32,000 bases of DNA. Source: Thermodesulfobacterium commune DSM 2178 (GTDB lineage Bacteria; Desulfobacterota; Thermodesulfobacteria; Thermodesulfobacteriales; Thermodesulfobacteriaceae). Positions 16,300 through 25,600 of this stretch are shown here, piece by piece. The stretch covers positions 720,001 through 752,000 of the forward strand of contig NZ_CP008796.1 of the NCBI RefSeq assembly GCF_000734015.1, written 5' to 3'. Made by a program: the position numbers and the translations under genes. The notes below the pieces were generated by a model. The model was not told the origin of the DNA. It ran no database searches and saw only the letters and a program-made list of their open reading frames with translations. Numbering within the stretch: the first letter of the stretch is position 1; each line of letters begins with the position of its first letter.

Positions 16300-17367
16300 A
16301 TGGAAATTGAAATTCATTTAGCTAAACCTGAAGATAGAAAGGCCCCTAATTTTGATAAACTTGTCTTTGGTAAAATTTTTACTCCTCATATGTTTGTGAT
16401 GAAATATGAGGAAGGTAAAGGCTGGCATTCTCCAAAAATAATCCCGTTTTCGAACATAGAACTTCACCCTGCTGCTATAGTGTTGCATTATTCACAAACC
16501 ATATTTGAAGGGATGAAGGCCTATTTTGGGGTTGACGGAAAGATTAGGCTTTTTAGGCCTTTTGACCATATAAATAGATTAAATCGTTCTGCAGACAGGA
16601 TGTGTATTCCTCAGGTAGACCCTAACTTTGCCTTTGAGGCTATTAAAACTTTAGTTTTGTTAGACAAAGACTGGATACCTAAGCAAAAAGGATCAGCTCT
16701 TTATATAAGGCCCTTCATTTTTGCTACAGAAAATACACTTGGGGTAAAAGTTAGTCATGAATATCTTTTTATGATAATTCTTTCTCCTGTAGGCCCTTAC
16801 TATGCCGAGGGATTTAACCCGGTTAAGATTTATGTAACTGAAGAATATGTAAGGGCTTGTCCAGGAGGAACAGGCGAGGTAAAAACTGGTGGAAACTATG
16901 CAGCAAGCCTTAAAGCCCAGGCTGTAGCTCAACAAAAAGGGTATACCCAAGTGCTATGGTTAGACGGAAAAGAAAGAAAGTATGTAGAAGAAGTAGGTAG
17001 TATGAACATCTTTTTCTATTTTTCTGACGAATTAGCCACCCCTGCTCTTTCTGGATCGATCCTTCCAGGGATAACCAGGGATTCTGTATTAAAACTTGCT
17101 TCTCATTTAGGAATTCCTGCTAAGGAAAGAAAAATTTCTATAGATGAAGTAATCTCAGCAATACAGGAAGGTAGGCTGAAAGAGTGCTTTGGAACAGGAA
17201 CTGCTGCTGTGATTTCTCCGGTAGGAGAAATTTGTTACAAAGACAAACCCTATGTAATAGGGCAAGGTCAAACAGGAGAACTTACCAAAAAGTTTTTCGA
17301 TTATATCACTGGAATACAATACGGAGAAAGAGAGGACGAGTTTAACTGGACGGTGGTGTTGGAATAA
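16300..17367 (+). CDS. ilvE: Branched-chain amino acid aminotransferase (fold type IV PLP enzyme)
   Basis: Family blocks include LHYSQTIFEGMKAY, FRPFDHINRLNRSADRM, LYIRPFIF, GGTGEVKTGGNYAASL, EEVGSMNIFF, ILPGITRDSV and ECFGTGTAAVISPV. An AGGAGG RBS is present. Confidence 0.92.
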   Translation: MEIEIHLAKPEDRKAPNFDKLVFGKIFTPHMFVMKYEEGKGWHSPKIIPFSNIELHPAAIVLHYSQTIFEGMKAYFGVDGKIRLFRPFDHINRLNRSADRMCIPQVDPNFAFEAIKTLVLLDKDWIPKQKGSALYIRPFIFATENTLGVKVSHEYLFMIILSPVGPYYAEGFNPVKIYVTEEYVRACPGGTGEVKTGGNYAASLKAQAVAQQKGYTQVLWLDGKERKYVEEVGSMNIFFYFSDELATPALSGSILPGITRDSVLKLASHLGIPAKERKISIDEVISAIQEGRLKECFGTGTAAVISPVGEICYKDKPYVIGQGQTGELTKKFFDYITGIQYGEREDEFNWTVVLE

Positions 17368-17380
17368 AAGGTGTATTGAC

Positions 17381-17833
17381 CTAAAAATCTACTACTTTTC
17401 TGGCTTTAGCAAGTTCTCTCTGTACTTGTACAGCTTTGTCTAATTCTAAATCTGCAGCTTCTTCAAGCCCTTTTTCTCTTAATATTTGACTTCTTGCCAT
17501 ATAGGCAGCAGGATAAACCGGTTCTAAGTCTATAGCTCGAGTAAAAAGCTCAAGGGCCTTATCTAAGTCTTTTTTCTTATAATAAATTTGCCCTAACCTA
17601 AAATATAATCTTGGATTTTCTGGTTCTAACGAAAGAGCCCTTTCTAAATCTTTTTCTGCTAAGTCTAACTGATCTTTTTGCAAGTAGATCACAGCCCTTG
17701 CCTCTAAAGCCTTGATGTGGTTAGGGTCTAAGGCTAAGACCTTCTCAAAACATTCTAAAGCCTCGTCAAACCTTCTAAGGGTTATCAGTTTAGCTCCTTC
17801 TAAAAAAAGGTCTTCTATATCTACCTGAGACAT
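17381..17833 (-). CDS. Tetratricopeptide (TPR) repeat protein
   Basis: The 150-aa product has repeated 34-aa A/L/Y/P patterns (ALECFEKVLALDPNH, AEKDLERALSLEPEN, ALELFTRAIDLEPVY). Confidence 0.85.
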   Translation of the reverse strand: MSQVDIEDLFLEGAKLITLRRFDEALECFEKVLALDPNHIKALEARAVIYLQKDQLDLAEKDLERALSLEPENPRLYFRLGQIYYKKKDLDKALELFTRAIDLEPVYPAAYMARSQILREKGLEEAADLELDKAVQVQRELAKARKVVDF

Positions 17834-17954
17834 AACCTCACCTCTTCTTACAATTTTTTCTAACTAAATTTATACTCTTTTGTAAATAAATCAACTCTGT
17901 AAGAGGACTATTTCAACGGCAACCTTAACTCAGCTCTTATTGATTACTATCTCC

Positions 17955-18062
17955 TTAAATGATCTCTATCTCTTTACGGCTTAAATCATAAAGCTTGTAG
18001 ACAAGCTCGTCAATCTGAAGATCGTATTCTTTGAACTTGGCTTGCTTTAGAGGGTTGGAGGG
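17955..18062 (-). pseudogene. Relic: last ~35 codons of a Type IIG/Eco57I/PglX-like RM methyltransferase gene (C-terminal tail only)
   Basis: The minus-strand frame reads PSNPLKQAKFKEYDLQIDELVYKLYDLSRKEIEII-TAA, with the stop at 17955-17957. It is closed upstream by an in-frame stop at 18063-18065 and has no start codon. The tail pattern IDxLVYxLYxL(T/S)xxEIxII-stop is the characteristic C-terminus of that enzyme class. Confidence 0.5.
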
Positions 18063-18102
18063 TTACCGTCAGATTAGGTGAGAGAGATGGTTTTAATTCG
18101 CA

Positions 18103-18858
18103 TTATCCTTCTACGTACTTCATGGCCCCAAAGTATTCTTTAACGTTTGAAATTTCCACTTTTTCCCTGTTAATCATAGAGGAAACCTTAGTATAAAATC
18201 TTTTTATTTTGCTGTTTACATCAAGAGGCGGGTGGACTTCAAAAAGCTTTAACAAAAATGAATGATATTTACTAAATGAATCATCTGCCAAAAAGAAAGG
18301 TAAAATTATGTTGAAAAACATTTCCCTTTTTCTGCTTATACCGATACGCTTGAAATTCATTATTTTTTCAACAGCCATCTTGGCAGATGACTTCTCCACT
18401 ATACCGGTGTAATTGACCTCTATCTGCTTTTTGAAATAATTGTAAATTCCCATTTGAGTTGTTTCAGCTAGCAAGTGGGAAAAATCTTTTATTCTTCTGT
18501 CAGGAAAGTTTACGGGACGTATTGACCTGTAGTTCCAGTATGTTTTCTCTAATCTCAGGGAAATGTCAAAGTCAGGGGGAAGGCCAGAATAATCTTCTAC
18601 AAATCCAGCTCTGTAGAGCAGAGCCTTTTCTATGAGCGGTTGAGTGTTGAGTTTTTTTATTTCTCTGTATGGAAGAAGAAGAGAAAGCTCCAAAAACTGA
18701 AGCTTGTTCCTGGGATAGCCAAGGGAAAGCATTAGCTCCCTGTAGAGGGCTTCGTCAAAATCAGCAATCTTCAAAAGGTTTTTCATCCGATGAATTTTTG
18801 AATATAAAACTTCTTCCCCGAACCTGCTAAGAATTTGCCGTAGTTCCGATGTTTGCAT
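18103..18858 (-). CDS. DUF2851-like protein, corresponding only to the central/C-terminal part of the family (N-terminal domain absent)
   Basis: The blocks FDEALYRELMLSLGYPRNKLQFLELSLLLPYREIKKL...LIEKALLYRAGF and WNYRSIRPVNFPDRRIKDFSHLL match my recollection of the conserved mid-region blocks of DUF2851. The ORF lies 61 nt downstream of the methyltransferase on the same strand, with a GGTAGGA RBS-like element. Confidence 0.45.
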   Translation of the reverse strand: MQTSELRQILSRFGEEVLYSKIHRMKNLLKIADFDEALYRELMLSLGYPRNKLQFLELSLLLPYREIKKLNTQPLIEKALLYRAGFVEDYSGLPPDFDISLRLEKTYWNYRSIRPVNFPDRRIKDFSHLLAETTQMGIYNYFKKQIEVNYTGIVEKSSAKMAVEKIMNFKRIGISRKREMFFNIILPFFLADDSFSKYHSFLLKLFEVHPPLDVNSKIKRFYTKVSSMINREKVEISNVKEYFGAMKYVEG

Positions 18859-18919
18859 GTATAAATCCTACCTTATTGGAGCTTTATCGTATTCACCTTT
18901 TGATATATTTCCACCACAT

Positions 18920-21900
18920 TTACACACTCTTTGCTTTATCCAGTCTTGCCTTTACAAGCTCGGCAACTGCCCAGTAGACTTCTTTGCGTTCTTGTTCAGT
19001 AAGTCCTAAAGCGTCAAAAACGATATCGTCAAGTTCTTTCCTGTCGGGTAGAGGGTTTGGCTCTTGTTCACGGATGGGATGGTTGGGGTCAAAACCAAGT
19101 TCGGTGAAGATATTTTCTATATTTCTTGATCTGAGTCTGTTAAAGGAATTTAATATTTTCCTTGAAACAACTTCTGGATTTACCACCTGTATATTTACCA
19201 AATCAACGCCTAAAGAACTCAGGCCACCCTCTCCGAGAACTTTTCTTCCATGTAGCTCTTTACCAAACCACACCATGGTAGAATTAAGTATGGCTCCCGT
19301 AATATCAAAATCATATTTTGGATATAACACTGAAAATGTATCCGCAGCATAAATGTGCGAACGATAAATTCTATGTGAATCGTTATGTATTCTTGACCAT
19401 AAATATGAATTTTTTTCCTGCTCTCCCAAATCCCACCATAAATTTCTACTTCTACATGTTGGTCTTTTGTGATATTTTTGCCTCTCCCCGCACTCAATAT
19501 ACTCCAACGTCTTTGTCCCTTTCAGTTCCCCCTTGCTCTTATGACACATAAAAACCAAATAATTCAAATCCTCAAGCTTTACCATTATGGTTTTTAGTTC
19601 TCTTGGGCTTTTTATAACCGGCTTTAAAAACTCCGCCTCAATTTCACCTTCCCAGCCAGCACCATTTTTTACTCTGATTAATGCTTTTGGATCTCTTTCA
19701 GCAACTTCTACAACTTCCTTAACAGTCATACCAACTGGTTTAAGATAAAAGAATTCGTTGGCACCTGTTTTGATTCCAAATCTTACCTCTGCAATATCTC
19801 CCAATCTTACCAGTTTATCTTTTCCTTTTTCCAGAATCTTAAAATAAATCTCTGGTGCTCTTAGGTATTTCCCACCCCATTTGTTGCCGATATAAGGTAA
19901 AGATTCTACAGAATGCCTTAATCCTAATTCTGTTTCTTCTTCTGGATATTCCACGCCCTCTTCTAAAAGCTCTTTTTTGGTTTTTGGATAAACTCTAAAG
20001 AGAAGATGGTCAAAAATAGGTTTGTTTGCTATTTCAATTTCTTTAAGAACATCTGGCGATATGGCTTCTTCAAATGGCTTTTTAAAAGCAACGAATTTTA
20101 TTACATAATCTTCCAGTTTGTTTGCTGGCTTTTGGATTAAAACAATCACCGTGTTAACATCTGCCTGCTTGAATGAACGCTTGGCAAGGTTGTCAATTAT
20201 GTAAATTGGCTTCATGTTTTTAAGAAGAAATTCCTGAAGTCCTGCACCATATCCTACATCAAGCCAGCTATTGGAGTTTATGAAGCAGAAAATCCCTCCA
20301 TCATTGAGCAAGGATAAGCCCTGATAGTAGAAGTACACATATAAATCACTCTTTTTGTCTATTTTTTTAACATCTTTCCAGACGCTTTGAACTGCTTGTA
20401 TGAGCTTCTCTTTGTATTGTTTTTTAATCTCTCTCCATTCATCAGGAGTATAATTTTCTTCTCTTGCAAGGGGTGGGGCTATAAGTTCTTGCCTTACATA
20501 CGGTGGATTTCCAATAACGATGTCAAAACCACCCTTTTGAGCAAAAACTTCTGCAAAATCAATTTCCCAGAGAAAGTAATCCTTCTTTTCACCTTTACCG
20601 ATTGTATAAAGAACATTTTGGTATTTGTGTATTTCATTTTCAAATTGCTTTATTTCTTCTTCAAGTTTTTTTAGTTCTTTTTCTTGTGATCTATCTTTTT
20701 CAAAAAGATCTTTTTGACCTTTTAAGCTATTTAATTCTTTCTCTTTAAAATTTCTTTTTTCTGTTAATTCATCAATTCTTTTCTGCAAAATCTCCCTGAA
20801 AATCTCCATCTCTAAGCTTTCTATCTCATACTTTTCTTTTAAGTCTGCACTTCTTTTTCCGGAGAAATAATCTGCTTTTCTATCAATCAGTTCGGCAATT
20901 TTCTGCTGGATGGATTTTGGTAATGTTTTTAGAGCATTTCCTCTTAAATTTATGAATACCCCTCCTATCTCTTCAACCAGTGAGTCACCCTGTCGAATTT
21001 TAAAAGAAAGGTTTGGAAGAAGTGGCTTTGTGTAAATGTCCATATATTTTTCATCGGTTTCAATGATGAGCGAAAGCCAGAGACGAAGTTCACCAACCAT
21101 CACAGCCCAGTCTTTGATGTCAACACCGTAAAGGTTTTCAAGGATTATTCTGTTTTTCAGGGCGAAGAGGTTCTCTTCCCTGTTTTCTATCTTTCTTGTG
21201 AGTTCAGAATGAAGCTCCACCAGCACGCTCATCATTCCAACAAGAAAAGAAGCAGAGCCAACCGCAGGGTCAACAATTTTAACCTCTTCAAGGTATCTGC
21301 GGATGAGTTTCAGATTATCAATGTTTTCGTATTTGCTGATTGATGGTGGATTAAAAATAAGGTCTATCAAATCTTGCTTGTCAATGCCTGCTTTAGCATG
21401 AAGATATTCAACTAAAGACAGCCTGCACATTAAATCTATTTCGTTTCTGGGGGTGTAGAAAATTCCAGAAGAACCACGTTCCTCTTCGTTTATCAAGGAT
21501 TCATATACTTTACCGAGCATTTCAGGGTCAACCGCAACTTCCACGTCAAGAGGTGTTGCCTCATCAATGGTAAAATTGAAAATTTCAAGAAATCCCTTCT
21601 TTTTGTCAGAAGACCACAAATCAGGCTCAAACAACCATTCAAAAACTTCATCAGGCACATCAAAGCCAATCTTATCTAATTCATTCTCCGAGAAAAGACC
21701 GCCATTTAAAAAAGGCATCGTGGAGTAAGATTCTTTAATATCGTCAGGCAACTCAGAATGGATGAATTGAAATCTTTTATTAAATGCTCCAAAAAATAGG
21801 CTTTTTAACCATATAGAATAAAATTTATCCTTTTTACAGTGCTTTTCTTTGTATTTCAACCACAGATTTTTTAAATAACTTTTGTCTTGCTCGTAGTTTT

Positions 21901-22633
21901 TCCATTTAAGCCATCCTTTCTTCTGAAGGAAGTAAATAAACAGGATTCTTGATAAGAGTTGTTGTGCAAAGGAATGTTTTTTCTCATAAGGAATTTCGTT
22001 TATATTCTCGTGTTTTAGATTTTTGATAATTACTTCGTGGAGCGCATAGCGGTAGGCATCAAAAAATTCTTGAGTAACTACTTCAACATTAAAAGCCTCT
22101 TCCAGATCTTTTAAGGCAGGTTTCCAATCATCATTTTCAAGAAGCGGTAAAAACCTGCTCTGGGCGGTGTGGCTCTTTTCGTTCTTTCCTACAAGGAAAG
22201 ACCATCTTCTGGCGGGGGTAATTTCTTCTTTAACCTTTTTCTCCTCAAAACGATAGTCCATCTTAACAAGTGAAAATCTCCAGTCTTCGCTGGTTGGGGA
22301 GACAAAGGCAACCAGCGCGGCATCTGTTAACCTCCCCTTCAGATACCAGGCGATGAAGTTTCTCTGCATCGTCCTTGCACGTTCAAGGGAAGTTTCTTTC
22401 TTAAGCTCTACTATAAGAAGGTCTATCTCCTTTCCGTCGTAGTTATACTTTCCAACTCTTTCCAGAGTCCTTACGTATTTTTCAAAGGCGTCTGGGATGT
22501 AGTTCCCCTGATAGACAAAGGTGCTTTCCTCAAAGGATTTCAAAAGGTTTCTCAGGAAATAAACAAAGCGGTCTTTAGCAAAGGGATTTTCAAAGGTGTT
22601 GATTATAAGCTTTTTTGCCTGCTCTCTATCCAT
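18920..22633 (-). CDS. Large gamma-class N6-adenine DNA methyltransferase of Type IIG/Eco57I-like architecture (N-terminal PD-ExK-like domain, helical linker, MTase with coiled-coil insert, C-terminal target-recognition region)
   Basis: The N-terminus carries D66-X9-E76-X-K78 (YDGKEIDLLIVELKKE...MQRNFIAWY). GIFYTP lies at aa 390-395, SAM motif I IVDPAVGSASFLVG at aa 453-466, and motif IV GNPPYV has NPPY at nt 20498-20509. A charged coiled-coil spans about aa 595-675. TRD-like FGIKTGANEFFYL is present, and the C-terminal tail is LDDIVFDALGLTEQERKEVY. Confidence 0.9.
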   Translation of the reverse strand: MDREQAKKLIINTFENPFAKDRFVYFLRNLLKSFEESTFVYQGNYIPDAFEKYVRTLERVGKYNYDGKEIDLLIVELKKETSLERARTMQRNFIAWYLKGRLTDAALVAFVSPTSEDWRFSLVKMDYRFEEKKVKEEITPARRWSFLVGKNEKSHTAQSRFLPLLENDDWKPALKDLEEAFNVEVVTQEFFDAYRYALHEVIIKNLKHENINEIPYEKKHSFAQQLLSRILFIYFLQKKGWLKWKNYEQDKSYLKNLWLKYKEKHCKKDKFYSIWLKSLFFGAFNKRFQFIHSELPDDIKESYSTMPFLNGGLFSENELDKIGFDVPDEVFEWLFEPDLWSSDKKKGFLEIFNFTIDEATPLDVEVAVDPEMLGKVYESLINEEERGSSGIFYTPRNEIDLMCRLSLVEYLHAKAGIDKQDLIDLIFNPPSISKYENIDNLKLIRRYLEEVKIVDPAVGSASFLVGMMSVLVELHSELTRKIENREENLFALKNRIILENLYGVDIKDWAVMVGELRLWLSLIIETDEKYMDIYTKPLLPNLSFKIRQGDSLVEEIGGVFINLRGNALKTLPKSIQQKIAELIDRKADYFSGKRSADLKEKYEIESLEMEIFREILQKRIDELTEKRNFKEKELNSLKGQKDLFEKDRSQEKELKKLEEEIKQFENEIHKYQNVLYTIGKGEKKDYFLWEIDFAEVFAQKGGFDIVIGNPPYVRQELIAPPLAREENYTPDEWREIKKQYKEKLIQAVQSVWKDVKKIDKKSDLYVYFYYQGLSLLNDGGIFCFINSNSWLDVGYGAGLQEFLLKNMKPIYIIDNLAKRSFKQADVNTVIVLIQKPANKLEDYVIKFVAFKKPFEEAISPDVLKEIEIANKPIFDHLLFRVYPKTKKELLEEGVEYPEEETELGLRHSVESLPYIGNKWGGKYLRAPEIYFKILEKGKDKLVRLGDIAEVRFGIKTGANEFFYLKPVGMTVKEVVEVAERDPKALIRVKNGAGWEGEIEAEFLKPVIKSPRELKTIMVKLEDLNYLVFMCHKSKGELKGTKTLEYIECGERQKYHKRPTCRSRNLWWDLGEQEKNSYLWSRIHNDSHRIYRSHIYAADTFSVLYPKYDFDITGAILNSTMVWFGKELHGRKVLGEGGLSSLGVDLVNIQVVNPEVVSRKILNSFNRLRSRNIENIFTELGFDPNHPIREQEPNPLPDRKELDDIVFDALGLTEQERKEVYWAVAELVKARLDKAKSV

Positions 22634-22642
22634 GAGTTTCTC

Positions 22643-25600
22643 CTACTCACCGTTCGCCAAGTATAAGGAGAGTATAACTTCTCTCTTTTCCTCGGTTACG
22701 ATGGATACTTCAGAGTAATGACTTTCAAGAAGTCTGTTTGAGATTTCTTTATGCAAGACTGCAATAACCTTTAAGGGATTTAATTTTTCTCTGCCAAGTT
22801 TATTTAGCTCAGACAGGACTTTTTTTACCGTTTGTTTAGGCAAGGCTCCACGCTCAAGCTGGGTTATGACTCGTTTGAGGTATTCTTCCTGATCTTCGGT
22901 GAGCTGTTTGCTGTGACTTTGCGTTGCCTTAAGCTCTATAATAAGTTTGCTATAAATATCTTTACTACTATGCTTGTGTTTTACTATCTCTTCTGCTGTT
23001 GAGTAAAAGAATGCTGTTTTATTCTTGTGTAGCAACTCGTAGTAAGTTTCAACGGGAATTTCTACCCTCTTTTCGTCAACTAATGATTCCAAGATTTTAG
23101 CAGTAGTCAAAAAATCAAGCTCAATCGTTCTATTCTTCTCTGATAAAAAAAACTTCATTAGCTTTCCCTTTCTGAAAAATGTAACGAGAGAGCCGGGACT
23201 GGCAACATTACTTAAAGATGGATTGAAAACTTTCCCTGAGCGGGCTTTTTTGGGGAGGCATTTTATCTTTTCAAAGAGCTCTGGATTTTTGTCCCTTATG
23301 TCCTCAATAACTCTCAAATACTTAAGTTCGCTTTCTTCTTCCTCATCTTCTGTGATGGTCTTCTTTGAAAGGAGTTTATCAAATAACTCATGAGAAGATA
23401 CAGGCTCACCTTCAGTCAGAATGGCGCTATCTCCACCAAGCAAGGTAAGGAAGGCTTCTATCTTTGAACGGGCGATGTTTGTAAGCTCTATCTCAGACTC
23501 AGACTGTTTTGTTGGAAAAAAGTTAAAGGTGTAAATTTTGTCAAAGGGGGTGTCTATACGGTTAACCCTCCCCACTCTTTGCATCAACTTCGTTGGGTTC
23601 CAAGGTATATCGTAGTTTATCACTATGTTTGACCTGTGAAGGTTGACACCTTCTGAGAGAACCTCTGTTGACACAAGAATTCTATAATCATCCTTTTTAT
23701 TCTTGGCCCTTGCGTCAAAGTTTTCTATGACTTTGTCCCTGTCGGCTTCAGATGAATTTCCGTGGAAAAGGAGCGCGATTTCTTTTTTGAAATACTCGTT
23801 TATCTTTTCTGTTAAATACTCTGCAGTCTCTTTTGATTCCGTGAAAATAATTACCTTCTTGTCCTTAAGTATTGGGTTATTTTCAAGGTTTGAGAGTAGG
23901 ACTTCAATTTTGGGGTCTCTTTTTATTTTGCCCCACATTGATTTTATTCTTTTTAAAATTTCAAGGTCTTCTTTCAAATCTCTTCCAAACTCAGGCCTGA
24001 AATCTTCTTTGTTATACTTCTCTGCCTTTCCTTCATCAATAATTTTCTGAATTTCTTTATCATCCCCCTTTTCTATGAGGTTAAATATTTTATTTATATA
24101 GTCCTTACTTACATACACATTCCCTTTTTCAAATTCTTTAATGAACATTTCATATGAACGAATAAACCTGTCAATGCTACTTTTGAAAGCGTGGAAGCTA
24201 CTTTCAAGGCGCTTAACAAGAAGGACTTTCATAAAGCCAGCCATGTTCCTCTGCGATTGCTCTTCAAGAGGTTTTATTCCTTTTTTTAAATAAAGAAGTG
24301 GCGTGTAGCGAGCATATTTAAACTCTTGAGTTATGAGCCTTACTGTTTCTGTGAAAATTTCATCTTCTTCATCGTTGAGCTGATAGTAAAGGGGCTTAGG
24401 GTCTTCAACCTCTGGAAACTTGACGTTGTTTCGTCCTAAATCTTCGGCAAAGTATTTCTCAATCTCGCTTCTTGTTCTCCTGATCATGATATGTTTCAGC
24501 ACTTTGTTGCGGATTTCTTTGGCGTTCTCTCTTGTTATTTCAAGGAATTTTTCGTAATCTCTCTGACGATTGACTTTGCTTAGCCTTCTTTCAAGCTCTT
24601 TGAAAAACTCTTCAAGATTGCTAACACCTGGTATGGTGCTTTTTCTAACATTCTGAAAGAGTTTGATTTGAGCAAGAATATCGCTTGGGTAGTTATTATA
24701 AGGAGTAGCAGATACCAAAATCACCCTTTTTCCACGGCATATCTCTGCAAGCTTCTCATATCTCTTGGTCTCCTCTGTTCTGAAGTAGTGTGCTTCGTCT
24801 ATCACAACATTTTTATATTCTCTGTTTTCTATCATCTGAATGGCATCGTCAAGTTTGCCGATTGATACGAAATCAGCCTGCACGTTAAAATCGGAAAAAA
24901 CATTAGGCCATGAACCGGGATTATTTTTGGTTAGGAGTGCAGGAGGGGCCACGACAAGCGTTCTTCCATCAAGCTGTTTTACGAGCATCGCGGTGATATA
25001 AGTTTTTCCGAGCCCAACCACATCGGAAATGAATACCCCACCATGTTCTTCTAAAATCTTTTTTGCGTTCAACACTGCTTGTTCCTGGTATTCAAACCGT
25101 TTAAACCCTTGCGGTAAGTAAACCAAAGAAAGTTTTTCCTTCAGAGAAAGGTCTTCTTTAAAGTATTCGTAGAGGAATTTCAGATATAATTCGTAAGGGG
25201 TTATGTTATCGTTGAGCCAGGTTTTTTCATTGATTGTTTGAACATATTTCTCACTGACAGGAACAGCCTCAGACCACAACGCTTCAAATCTCTCTTTGGC
25301 AAAAAAATAGTCGGATGGATTTTTCAGTTCAACGTTGAATTCCAGTTTTTTCTCAAGCCCAGAATAAGTAAGGTTGCTTGAACCTGTAATAACCCTTCCA
25401 ATGTCTCTGTCCCCCTCTCTAAAAGTCATGATATAGAGCTTTGCATGAAGTTTCTTTGATGGATATGCTCTTATTTCAAGCTTTCCTTTTTTTATCCATT
25501 CGATGAATTTTTTAATCCCAATTTCAACCTTAAGGTCATCTTCAGAATCAGCCATTTCTTGCTCAATCAACTCAACCACCTTTTCTTTTGTTTCTGCATG

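Noticed and set aside
4738-16950. Track ORFs 4738..4926(-), 6438..6653(-), 10406..10603(-), 10854..11138(-), 12314..12505(+), 14877..15149(+), 15202..15399(+), 16081..16278(+) and 16693..16950(-)
   Set aside because: All are antisense shadows of confidently called genes (activase, yedE, uxaA subunits, radical SAM, AddB-like, nuclease ORF, ilvE). Their composition is typical of reverse-frame artefacts in AT-rich DNA.
18984-24865. Track ORFs 18984..19352(+), 19219..19497(-), 19318..19551(+), 20387..20674(+), 23703..24050(+) and 24668..24865(+), inside the methyltransferase and helicase genes
   Set aside because: They are embedded in, or antisense to, the 1237-aa and 1083-aa ORFs, whose motif content is unambiguous. 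The small ORFs have no independent support.
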